From the IMG/VR virus record IMGVR_UViG_3300020183_000008, positions 64,001-128,000 of that record: DNA of 64,000 nucleotides; one strand, 5' to 3'. The notes under the pieces are model-generated. The model saw nothing but the letters and a program-made list of their open reading frames with translations. It ran no database searches and was not told where the DNA came from. This document shows positions 27,990 to 36,845 of the stretch, in pieces. A program made the translations under genes and the position numbers. Numbering within the stretch: position 1 is the first letter of the stretch; each line of letters begins with the position of its first letter. The stretch comes from a virus.

Positions 27990-30900
27990 TCAACCTTCGT
28001 TCTGACTTTGATAATACGATCAGTTGGATAAAAGAGTTCAGCCGCACCTAAAATTCGGTTCGCTTCATTCTTCTGCCCTGTAGTCGATACAACCACCGCA
28101 TTGTTGTTAATTATTAGGGAATTAGCTTTACCTTGTTTTAATAAATTAAATTCAGGGGTTGAAACCCACTCTGCGGATGCAGTGGATGTCAGGGTGAATA
28201 ACAACAATTCGTTTTTGTAAATCCCGCGACCTACTGCGATGCCATAAACTATGTTCATAGTATTTTGACCTGTGCGGTACATGATCTTCACTTCAGAAGA
28301 CACAGCAGGTGCGTTTTTCAAAATGATCGTGTTATCCCTACCTCTAATTTCATCAATACTCTCAGGATCTAATTCTACCCCATCAACAAATACTTTAAGG
28401 TCGGGCATGTATATTTCATAGCAATCAGTGATATTTGTTCCTGAAAAAGCTGTTTTCAAATTCAAAAAGCTATCACTCTGAACAGTATGAACAGTGTACC
28501 AAGTCGTTGTCCCGAAAGGTCTGATTTTCATCCCAGGTACAAGAACTCGCGTGAAAAAACTACCGACCCCATTCACGGTTCTTTGTCCATTTTGAAAAGT
28601 AGCCACTTCATCAGGAATAAAAAGTCTACTTAGACAATAAGTACCGTAAATGTTCAGTATAGGCTCGCGAGTAGTAAATATCTTATTTGTCCCTGTGGTC
28701 TGAACGCTAAGATCCTCTTCGATCAGATCTGAAAATTTTCCACCTTGAATACTTATTTTCGGTGAAATTAAAGCTAAACCACGTCTTGGATAATTAGGAG
28801 ATGAAGAACTTGAAATCTTTTTGAAAACAAGACGGTCACCTTCCTCCAAGGGTTTAGTTTCGGGAAAATAAGAAAACGTGTAGTGAAATTTATTGGTAGC
28901 ACCTTTGTTTTCGACAGCGAAAGATGACACGTTTCTACTTGTGAATTCATAATCGTAGTCGGTGGAATTGATTGGAAGGCGTATTGTTTTTCCAACCTCG
29001 TGGTCGTTTCGAACAACACCCCCTGTGCCATTCGATGTTACGATCACATCATTTGATAAATACACCAAGTCAGCTTCCAACTCTTCATCATCAGATAAGG
29101 TATTCGAAAGACCTTGGTAAGGAATTGATGAATAAAGAATTGAGTAAAGGTCTGTGCCTAAAGGAGCGTAACTGCCTAGAACAGGAATTCGAACGGTCTT
29201 TCCTGCGGGAGGGGCAGTTAGAAAACTAACCGTTAAACTTATTGTATTTAAACCTGTGATAGTATCGATTTCTAACCAGGCACCATCTGTAGTCAAAGAA
29301 TCAGAAATGAAACAACCATACTTATAGGTGTTTGGTGTATCCTGATAACCAGCCAAGGCGTATACATACTCCATCCTGTTACCAGTCGAGGTCGCTTGCC
29401 TGATTGTGTAGTTTTTTTGATCAGCTACGGTGGTGATAGTCAAATAAGTCGTTCGGACAAAGTTTACCAAACCTCTATTTGGTGTGATGACCTCACAGCC
29501 CGTACCACCTAGCAACAGAGTAATTTTTATTACATCCGTGCTCGCCGGAAAGTAGGATGCGAAATTCACCTCGTAACTACCATCTGATTTTCTGGTTATT
29601 TTTGCATTTTGACCGAAGCCGAGAGGCAAATCAGCAGCGGTGTCAGCCTTCTGTACTCGCATGACAGTCAACACAGCCATGTTATCGATGGTAGCAGGGA
29701 CGGTCACTTTTGAAGTCCCGTTACCTACAGTATGCCAAACCCGTTCTACCAAACCACCTTTAATATCTTCTCTTGCTGTAGTCGGATTGATGAAATTAGA
29801 GGCAGGTCGAATGAAAGCACTGTCCAAGTATCCGTTAATGGTTCTTGTTACAGCGAGATTTCTGATTTTTTGATCCCGAGACCATAAGACTTCTTTTGAG
29901 GTCAAATCATCACGAACAGAATAAAAATCCGTAGGTAAATAGGATAGACCAGAACCCGCAGGTAACACTAAATCATACTCAACAAGAAGGGGTTTGCCTA
30001 GAATATCGTTGTTGTTAAGTGGTTTAAACGTAACTTTATTTTTCTTTAGCCTATCCCCAAGATTAACCCAACCAGAAATGCCCACCGATGTGTCAGCCGA
30101 TATTTCCGAACCCGTCGTAGCGTTGGTTACTTTAGGAATCTTCTTTAACCCGATGAAGGGGTTGTAATCTTGGTAGTCATCTGAGTCAGCACTCGTATAA
30201 AAAACAGGAGGTTCAATCTCTAACCTACCGTTCACTAAACTACCCGCTGTAATGTACTGAACTACACGCTCAGTCATTTCGTTATCAGTGAAGGATCTAC
30301 GAATTCCATTTGGTTTTCGTAGCATATTGTCCGCAATACCTGATCTTTCAGTTGTGGAAATACCATCGACCTGAAGATTTTTTGCGGAAAATAATTCAGA
30401 TGTGCCACCAAGAGAAAGACGATTAGGTAACCCATCCAAGATATCTCTTAGAGATTTGTCAGCGAGTGAGGGGTAATTTATATTGAAGTCGACCACATGA
30501 CGAAGGTCCTCAATTTCATGGTCTGCGATTTCATCTACGAAAAGACCATCAGGACGATCGCTTACAAGGTCTTCAATTTTTTTATTTCCACCGTTCAAAT
30601 TTGTTGAACTGTACGCTAAACGATTTCTACGGTGAATCGCACAAACAGGTAATGCATAGACATACCCATCAACGGTACCTAATGCACTCGTATCTGTATT
30701 TGTGCCACCTCCAGCAATAAAATGACCTTGAGGTGTTTTAACAAAATTTTTACCGATGATAGGACTTGTTTTTGCTCCTTGCGCAAAAACAGCGGGATGG
30801 TCTACACCTTCTCGAAATGATAGAAAATCCACACCTTCGACTACACGGTAACGATACTTGATTTGAGTACGTTTCGTCGTTTCGCGACCGATGTTAGAAT

Positions 30901-31417
30901 CAACTAAATCATTTGCGATCGGAGTACCTGCGTACTGCGAGTTTCCATATTTTGGAATGTAGGAATCACTTGAAATAACCTCTTCCCACACCTCAAGGAA
31001 AACCAAATCTTCTCGACTGCCGATGGATGGACCATCACCGATGATGAAGAAACTTGAGTTCTCATCACCATTGCCCAACATCTGCCAAACATTCTGCGTC
31101 GCATTAGCTTGGAACTGATTAGTTCCCCCGCCAACGTGAAACACATGCCCGTTTATCAACACAGTAGGGTTAGGAATGGAAATCGTATGTTTCCACACAT
31201 TCGTTCCACTCGAAGGACGACCTGTAATTGGACCTTTGATAACGAAACCACTCGTCGTTATCGCGGATACCAAGTTTCGGAGATTTTCCACACCGATCGC
31301 CTGAACAAGGTTCCACTCACTGTCGAGAGGAGGACGAAGAGGTTGAAAAACGACTCCTGTAAAGGATCTGTCTTCCGCTGGAAGCACTCTACTGGTTTTG
31401 TTTCCTAAATTCCTCAA
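27986..31417 (-). CDS. Large virion structural (baseplate/tail) protein, paralog 2
   Basis: 1143 aa, TTG start; VVFQPLRPPLDSEWN, GTVDGYVYALP...HRRN, DRPDGLFVD; tail-fibre-type module VNGVGSFFTRVLVPG...VQSDSFL. Confidence 0.7.
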   Translation of the reverse strand: MRNLGNKTSRVLPAEDRSFTGVVFQPLRPPLDSEWNLVQAIGVENLRNLVSAITTSGFVIKGPITGRPSSGTNVWKHTISIPNPTVLINGHVFHVGGGTNQFQANATQNVWQMLGNGDENSSFFIIGDGPSIGSREDLVFLEVWEEVISSDSYIPKYGNSQYAGTPIANDLVDSNIGRETTKRTQIKYRYRVVEGVDFLSFREGVDHPAVFAQGAKTSPIIGKNFVKTPQGHFIAGGGTNTDTSALGTVDGYVYALPVCAIHRRNRLAYSSTNLNGGNKKIEDLVSDRPDGLFVDEIADHEIEDLRHVVDFNINYPSLADKSLRDILDGLPNRLSLGGTSELFSAKNLQVDGISTTERSGIADNMLRKPNGIRRSFTDNEMTERVVQYITAGSLVNGRLEIEPPVFYTSADSDDYQDYNPFIGLKKIPKVTNATTGSEISADTSVGISGWVNLGDRLKKNKVTFKPLNNNDILGKPLLVEYDLVLPAGSGLSYLPTDFYSVRDDLTSKEVLWSRDQKIRNLAVTRTINGYLDSAFIRPASNFINPTTAREDIKGGLVERVWHTVGNGTSKVTVPATIDNMAVLTVMRVQKADTAADLPLGFGQNAKITRKSDGSYEVNFASYFPASTDVIKITLLLGGTGCEVITPNRGLVNFVRTTYLTITTVADQKNYTIRQATSTGNRMEYVYALAGYQDTPNTYKYGCFISDSLTTDGAWLEIDTITGLNTISLTVSFLTAPPAGKTVRIPVLGSYAPLGTDLYSILYSSIPYQGLSNTLSDDEELEADLVYLSNDVIVTSNGTGGVVRNDHEVGKTIRLPINSTDYDYEFTSRNVSSFAVENKGATNKFHYTFSYFPETKPLEEGDRLVFKKISSSSSPNYPRRGLALISPKISIQGGKFSDLIEEDLSVQTTGTNKIFTTREPILNIYGTYCLSRLFIPDEVATFQNGQRTVNGVGSFFTRVLVPGMKIRPFGTTTWYTVHTVQSDSFLNLKTAFSGTNITDCYEIYMPDLKVFVDGVELDPESIDEIRGRDNTIILKNAPAVSSEVKIMYRTGQNTMNIVYGIAVGRGIYKNELLLFTLTSTASAEWVSTPEFNLLKQGKANSLIINNNAVVVSTTGQKNEANRILGAAELFYPTDRIIKVRTKVD

Positions 31418-31517
31418 ACTCTTTCTCCCTTTACACTCTTACGCGATGCAATTATCAAAACTTTACGAGTTCAGGATTTCTGATCAACTAAGCATAGTTC
31501 TTAGAATTATTGCTTAA

Positions 31518-31796
31518 TTAGCAGAACACAGCTCCCGAATACCTTCCGTTCGATATATAAAGCGTAACTCCATAAAGGGTGAAATCCATTTTTTGCACAC
31601 ACTCAGGGCAAAGAAAAGCATCGAAATGCTCGAAGTCCCCAACGATGCCTTCACCGATAGGATCTCCATCTTTATAGACGTTCCCAACAACACCTAACCC
31701 CAAAGTATGTACTTCCACATCACCTTGGTAGGAGCATCTTGAGCACGACCATCCCTTACACACAAATACACTTGTTTTTATCTTCGGAAGTTCCAT
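31518..31796 (-). CDS. Small zinc-ribbon protein
   Basis: CSRC and CPEC pairs. Confidence 0.6.
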   Translation of the reverse strand: MELPKIKTSVFVCKGWSCSRCSYQGDVEVHTLGLGVVGNVYKDGDPIGEGIVGDFEHFDAFLCPECVQKMDFTLYGVTLYISNGRYSGAVFC

Positions 31797-32020
31797 CCTA
31801 AGATGATAGCAAATTTAATACAAACACAATTCTCATTTCAAAAACATCCACAAAGATGTCTGAAATAAATTTATGCTCATAAGAAACTACTCACTCTGGT
31901 CGCTCATATCAGAGAATTTCGACTCACCTCGTATCCCTTTTGGAGCTTGGCATCGAGTCTACAGTTAAGAGGGTTTTCTAGCTTCAGGAGCTCAAGCATC
32001 CTGTCCTAACTGTTTGTTTT

Positions 32021-32077
32021 TACTGTTTCTTATAGATGTTTTTCTTCTTTTCCTATTTCAGTTTTTTGTCTTTGTTT
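32021..32077 (+). repeat. Partial (57-bp) third copy of the 94-bp block
   Basis: TACTGTTTCTTATAGATGTTTTTCTTCTTTTCCTATTTCAGTTTTTTGTCTTTGTTT; 2 mismatches to the copies at 33002 and 33176. Confidence 0.9.
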
Positions 32078-32444
32078 TTTTTCGAACTTTCGGGGCTTCA
32101 CTTTTCATCGTGTCCGTCCAACCACGAGGCTTTCACCTCGATTCTCCGAGCATCTCGACGAGCTTTCATTTCTAAAAGCGGGGCGAGTGTCTTCTCTGGT
32201 CCATCCGTTTCACAGGTAACTTCTTGGGTCGTCGACCCTTGTCGCTACGAGCTACCCACCGCAGACACCCAACTTAAACTATCGTTCGGTGACGCTACAG
32301 GAGATGATGTTATCGGCTGTGCCCTGACCTAGTTCAGATGATGCTGTAAAGATTGCACAGGGATGAAATAGTTCACCCCTTCGAACCAACAGCCTATGCT
32401 CCCACAAGACTGACCTACATGAAGACCATTACTTCAGAAAGTGA

Positions 32445-32793
32445 TGGTAGTGAACATCACCCATTTCCATAAACCTTTTGCCCTTAACTTCTCAGGTAAA
32501 CAGTAGCGGAATTCAATCCATTCCCATAAACCTAGATACGCTTCTATGAAGACCATCAATCAAGAAGGTAACAGTAGCGGAATTCAACCCATTCCCATAA
32601 ACCTTTCCCACCAACTTCTCCAAGATAAACAGTAGCGGAATTCAATCCATTCCCATAAACCCTAGATACGCTCCTACGAAGACCATTAAAGACAAGAAGG
32701 TAACAGTAGCGGAATTCAATCCATTCCCATGAACCTTTGACTTAACTTCTCTGAAGGATTGCAGTAGCGGAATTCAATCCATTCCCACAAACC
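32445..32793. repeat. Array of 32-bp direct repeats with alternating A/B spacers
   Basis: CAGTAGCGGAATTCAATCCATTCCCATAAACC at 32501, 32572, 32630, 32704, 32762 (0-1 mismatch each) plus a degenerate copy at 32445; spacers of 25, 39, 26, 42, 26 bp. Confidence 0.93.
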
Positions 32794-32903
32794 TTAGATA
32801 CGCTTCTGCAAGTGTTACTTGCTTACAGAATGAACTCTGTCTTTCGGTAAACTAACTATCAAGAATAGATACCTGTTCACACATTGTTCATCTGAACGAT
32901 TAC

Positions 32904-32933
32904 ATAATAGACAGACAATTTCGGCGGAGTCAA
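32904..32933 (-). promoter_or_regulatory. Leftward sigma70-like promoter containing the TCCGCCGAA motif, pointing into the repeat array
   Basis: Minus strand TTGACT-N18-TATTAT (TTGACTCCGCCGAAATTGTCTGTCTATTAT). Confidence 0.5.
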
Positions 32934-33001
32934 TAACTCATCTAAGATTTTCAAAATAAATATACTTGACTACTTTTGATGCATTTAATCGAGGGCAGTC
33001 T

Positions 33002-33269
33002 TACTGTTTCTTATAGATGTTTTTCTTCTCTTCCTATTACAGTTTTTTGTCTTTGTTTCAAAGAAACAAAGTAAGAGGGTAAGATCTATATCTATTTATA
33101 TTTATATTTATAATGATCTAAAATATAGCATTTTATGTTTGATTACTTTTATAGCACTATGACATGATAGATACCTACTGTTTCTTATAGATGTTTTTCT
33201 TCTCTTCCTATTACAGTTTTTTGTCTTTGTTTCAAAGAAACAAAGTAAGAGGGTAAGATCTATATCTAT
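33002..33269 (+). repeat. Two identical 94-bp direct repeats (33002-33095, 33176-33269) flanking an AT-rich tract
   Basis: Each has a pyrimidine-rich half, a 9-bp inverted repeat CTTTGTTTC-AAA-GAAACAAAG and a purine-rich half. Confidence 0.93.
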
Positions 33270-33314
33270 AAATATTGAGTAAAGGATAGTTCATAGGAGA
33301 AGAGAAGAGGATAG

Positions 33315-33362
33315 GGATACCTCATAGGATACCTCATAGGATACCTCATAGGATACCTCATA
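33315..33362 (+). repeat. Tandem repeat (GGATACCTCATA)x4
   Basis: Four perfect 12-bp units, flanked on both sides by GAAGAGAAGAG. Confidence 0.95.
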
Positions 33363-33431
33363 GAAGAGAAGAGTAGCTCATAGGGTGAGATAAATCGTTC
33401 ATCCTTTTCAACCTACGGATGGGGGTGAAAG

Positions 33432-33974
33432 GTGAGTGCTTTAAAGGCAGAACTCAAAAGAGTTGTGAAATTCGCTGAAAGCCTAGGACTCAAGGTGCAT
33501 TTCATAGATGCGTATAAGCGCGATTACCACGGTTGTTATATGCACCCTGAGAAATTCGAACCTGGCATAATCGAAGTTTGTAAAACCAGAAGAACCACCA
33601 TCACTTTTCAAATCATCACCTTGCTTCATGAGATAGGTCACCATCTTGACTTCATCGAATCAGGGAAGATGCCAGATTCCTATAATCTCATCGATTCCGA
33701 TGACTGTCCCGATTGGGCTAGGAAATCAATCTTTAAAGCGGAAAGGCGTGCCTGTAAGCACGCTGAAAAGCTGTACTGGACTTTGAGACTCCGAGTTCCT
33801 TTTTGGAAGGTCAAAATGGAATTGTCTTTGGATATTTTCCTGTACCGCATGTTCAAAAATACAGGGGACTATCCAACCACGAAACAGTATGAAAGTTTTC
33901 GGCGGAATTGGAAAAAGAGGTTTAAGGAAAGATATTCAAAAGATACACCCCCAAGGAGTAAACTGATTGATTGA
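33432..33974 (+). CDS. HEXXH zinc metallopeptidase, ImmA/IrrE-like
   Basis: TLLHEIGH with a downstream E-x-x-A (ERRA); GTG start after GGGGG. Confidence 0.65.
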   Translation: MSALKAELKRVVKFAESLGLKVHFIDAYKRDYHGCYMHPEKFEPGIIEVCKTRRTTITFQIITLLHEIGHHLDFIESGKMPDSYNLIDSDDCPDWARKSIFKAERRACKHAEKLYWTLRLRVPFWKVKMELSLDIFLYRMFKNTGDYPTTKQYESFRRNWKKRFKERYSKDTPPRSKLID

Positions 33975-33999
33975 CTTTCCGCCGATTTGACCTTAGCCT
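33971..33999 (+). promoter_or_regulatory. Putative promoter of the dksA-holB-holA block, with a motif variant in the spacer
   Basis: TTGACT-N17(TTCCGCCGATTTGACCT)-TAGCCT. Confidence 0.4.
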
Positions 34000-34018
34000 T
34001 TTTAAAAGAGGTACAATC

Positions 34019-34558
34019 ATGTCAAAGCGTGTGAGTAAGAGCAGTCTAAAAACTGTTTCTAAAAATTCTGTAAAAAAACCATCTCAAGCAAAACCATCCG
34101 TGAAGGGTTCATCTGCACATCTCAGCAGCCCTAAAAAGGTATCAAACAAGCCCAAGGGTGAGGTTAAAAAAACTTCGAAGGTGGTTTCCCCTGTCACAGA
34201 CAAACAGGGGTATGTGCCAAAAGTAAAAGAATTAAAAAGTGAATTGAAACAACATCTGCTTAACGAAAAGGCTGATATTGAAAAAAGAATCTCCGCGATT
34301 CAATTCAGACCCTCTGAATCAACGGGTGATTTCGGGGATATTAGTTCAGCCCTCTCGGATGAGGGTCTTCTTTTGATCGAACGTGACCGGTTGATCGATC
34401 AGCTTGAAAAGGTTAAACAGGTTTTAAACAGACTAACGACAAACAAGTATTTTGCGAACTGCGATGATTGCGGGGAAGAGATCGAGTATAAACGTCTTAT
34501 CTTCATCCCGACAGCTCGTCGTTGCGTTCATTGTCAACAAAACGCAGAGAGAAAATGA
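34019..34558 (+). CDS. DksA/TraR C4 zinc-finger protein
   Basis: Coiled-coil tip GDFGDISS; CDDCGEEI..RL..IPTARRCVHCQ; Lys/Ser-rich N-terminal tail; start at 34019 after AGAGG. Confidence 0.9.
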   Translation: MSKRVSKSSLKTVSKNSVKKPSQAKPSVKGSSAHLSSPKKVSNKPKGEVKKTSKVVSPVTDKQGYVPKVKELKSELKQHLLNEKADIEKRISAIQFRPSESTGDFGDISSALSDEGLLLIERDRLIDQLEKVKQVLNRLTTNKYFANCDDCGEEIEYKRLIFIPTARRCVHCQQNAERK

Positions 34559-35196
34559 CGCCGATTCAAGCGATTTATGCAAGAATGCCTGTCAAACCCA
34601 AAAGTACATTACTTGTGGGTAATCGAAGCGCAGATGATTTCACAAAAACTTATTTTTCCGATGCAGATTCACTTTACATCGATCACTTGACTAGCGAGAA
34701 AGCTGAAGAAATGATCTACTTCTCATCTTTAGCCCCTCGGGGAGATCGAAGAGTTGTGGTAGTCAATAATCTTTGCCACTCCAGAAAAGACATTCAAGCG
34801 ACTTTGCTCAAAGCGATCGAAGATTCCCCTGAACGTAGTTTTTGGGTTTTATCCGTAAAAAACCGTAACCGCATCTTGGAGCCTATCATCTCTCGATCAT
34901 TTATCATGGATTGGGTTCAGTCATCCGCTGAAAACGCTCTTTTTACATCAGAACTCAAGCAACTAATTTCAAGTAAAAATTATCTTGACCTATTTAAACT
35001 TCATTTCAAAATATCTGAAATGGCTGGCAAAGATTTGGAACAAATTAAAAATTTACATCTATCTTGTTTAGCGGAATTGATGTTTTTAGTTCCCACTGAA
35101 ACAGCTAAAAAAATTCAGCATTTAAGGCAAGAAATTATAGCTCAAAATAGGACTGAAGTGAGTTTCAAATCAGCTTTGCTTGAGGTCTTGTCATGA
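34555..35196 (+). CDS. holB: DNA polymerase III clamp-loader delta'-like subunit
   Basis: APRGDRRVVVV...QATLLKAIED...ILEPIISRS (SRC-like); ATGA overlap start. Confidence 0.7.
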   Translation: MTPIQAIYARMPVKPKSTLLVGNRSADDFTKTYFSDADSLYIDHLTSEKAEEMIYFSSLAPRGDRRVVVVNNLCHSRKDIQATLLKAIEDSPERSFWVLSVKNRNRILEPIISRSFIMDWVQSSAENALFTSELKQLISSKNYLDLFKLHFKISEMAGKDLEQIKNLHLSCLAELMFLVPTETAKKIQHLRQEIIAQNRTEVSFKSALLEVLS

Positions 35197-36155
35197 AAAT
35201 AAACGATGCTCTTGGTAATATTCCTCAAGCATCGGTATTTCTAAGCTACGGTACAAATTTATTTGCAAAATGGCAGTTAAGAAAAAAACTTGAAAAGATT
35301 CACAGTGCGCTTCCGCGCTCAGTAATTTTCGGAGATGATCCTAACTTATTCGAAAAGGCTGAATGTGGTGGTCTAATCCCTGAGCCAAAGTTGGTAATTA
35401 TTGAAGATTTTTCAGAGATAAAAAATAAAAAATTATTTTTCGATCTCATCGAAAGATCGGCTGAAGGTTCTATTTTTTTACTTCAAAGCGCAAAAAAAGA
35501 AAAAATTGCAACAACTAAGAGCGTTGTAGAGATTGAATGCTCAGACTCGAAGCAAAACGAACGAGAATTTGTTCAGACAGTGAGAGACTGGTTAAAAAGT
35601 TCTAGTTTCACTTTAAATGACAACGCTTTGAAAAAAATCTTCTCTCTGACGAATGGGGATTTGTTCCACGCTTTCAACGAAATACAAAAGGTTGCAATTT
35701 ACGCCCACGCTACAAATTCAGCTCACATTTCTTTAGATGAACTTCGTTGTTTGATGGGTCCTCGTTTTGATACAGACCCTTTTGCCTTTTCAACTTTTTA
35801 TCTGCAAAAAAATTCGAAAATGGCTCTTAACGAATTACACACTTGGAAAATCACTGATGTGCAGCTTCAGCTTCACAGCCAATTCAAAGCTATTGAAAAA
35901 GCCTTGCTCGCTTTGGTCTGTAAGAAAAAGAATATGAAAATAGAAAAAATCACAGCGGAAACAGGCATTCCTTTTTGGTATTTCAAATACTCCTTTCCCG
36001 AGATTGAATCAAAATGGTCGGAGAAAGAATTGATCGGTGCTCTCAAAGACTGTACCATCGCAATTCATAAATCTAAAAAGATTGTGAATATTGCTGTACC
36101 GATAATGATGGAGAGCGTTCTGCGAAGATGTAAATTCGGCGGAACAGTGGAGTAA
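35193..36155 (+). CDS. holA: DNA polymerase III clamp-loader delta-like subunit
   Basis: FLSYG, GLIPEPKLVII, ALKKIFSLTNGDL..AFNEIQK, ISLDEL, DPFAF pattern. Confidence 0.72.
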   Translation: MKINDALGNIPQASVFLSYGTNLFAKWQLRKKLEKIHSALPRSVIFGDDPNLFEKAECGGLIPEPKLVIIEDFSEIKNKKLFFDLIERSAEGSIFLLQSAKKEKIATTKSVVEIECSDSKQNEREFVQTVRDWLKSSSFTLNDNALKKIFSLTNGDLFHAFNEIQKVAIYAHATNSAHISLDELRCLMGPRFDTDPFAFSTFYLQKNSKMALNELHTWKITDVQLQLHSQFKAIEKALLALVCKKKNMKIEKITAETGIPFWYFKYSFPEIESKWSEKELIGALKDCTIAIHKSKKIVNIAVPIMMESVLRRCKFGGTVE

Positions 36156-36158
36156 AAA

Positions 36159-36845
36159 ATGGAAATTTCTAAAGATTTTTTTGTAGGTGGGGGTTGGCAC
36201 CCTTCAAATGACCTACTCGACTCCGACTTCCCTGAATGGTTTTATAAGGAAACAGTTTTTCAAACTGAAAAGAAAAAACAAGTTTATCTTGATGGGCATA
36301 CTTTCAATTTGCCTTTAGAAAGTCATTCCTACGTTTTTCGATGGATCATGCCCCAAAAACCAAACATCTATAAGCCTGATTGGGAAATCCCAAATGATTA
36401 CAGGATGGCTTCTGTCCTAAGATTTACTGTAGGTGAGTGGTTTGGATTGACGGAACAAGACTTAAACGAAGTGCGCGAAGGTCGAGCTAACCTATCAAGA
36501 GATAAACTCGCGCACATTTCGAAAGTGCTTGAAAACTCGTTTCTGTTTAATGGGTTGAAAATACCCTACATCGAAGTTCGGTGTGATTGGGTGTCAGACA
36601 AAGAACTACAAAATTTTATCGATTTCCATCAAGGGAAAACTGCTGAACAAGCGTTCTTAATTACAAAAAACGTAAAAGAGTCACAAATTAAACAAAAACG
36701 TGAGTTATTACGAAGTGTCACAGACACCTTACGTTCCAAACCCAATTTCCTTTCAATTTTGAGGGATGTGGTGGGTGAAAAAATCTCGGTCGAAGATGCA
36801 GTCGAGATGACAGGTAACTCAGGTATTTTTCAAAAGGGTGTGTGA
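36159..36845 (+). CDS. Hypothetical protein
   Basis: 228 aa, GGAG RBS, overlaps the nrdA start. Confidence 0.65.
   Translation: MEISKDFFVGGGWHPSNDLLDSDFPEWFYKETVFQTEKKKQVYLDGHTFNLPLESHSYVFRWIMPQKPNIYKPDWEIPNDYRMASVLRFTVGEWFGLTEQDLNEVREGRANLSRDKLAHISKVLENSFLFNGLKIPYIEVRCDWVSDKELQNFIDFHQGKTAEQAFLITKNVKESQIKQKRELLRSVTDTLRSKPNFLSILRDVVGEKISVEDAVEMTGNSGIFQKGV

Larger units (their letters stand above)
31800..33430. other. Non-coding control region at the coding-strand switch; putative replication origin
   Basis: 1.6 kb without a credible ORF, divergent gene blocks on either side, three repeat classes and an AT-rich tract. Confidence 0.55.

Noticed and set aside
32036-32332. 98-aa ORF (MFFFFSYF...)
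   Set aside because: It begins inside a pyrimidine-rich repeat, has no RBS and has a low-complexity start; likely spurious.
31900-32400. tRNA or tmRNA (TTCGACTC and GGGGTGAA fragments)
   Set aside because: No cloverleaf, acceptor stem or CCA end could be built.
32445-32793. Canonical CRISPR array
   Set aside because: Spacers alternate between two related sequences of unequal length instead of being unique; no cas1/cas2/effector genes are in the window.
32420-32810. Repeat protein encoded by the array (higher-order periods of 129 and 132 are multiples of 3)
   Set aside because: All six frames contain stops within the array.
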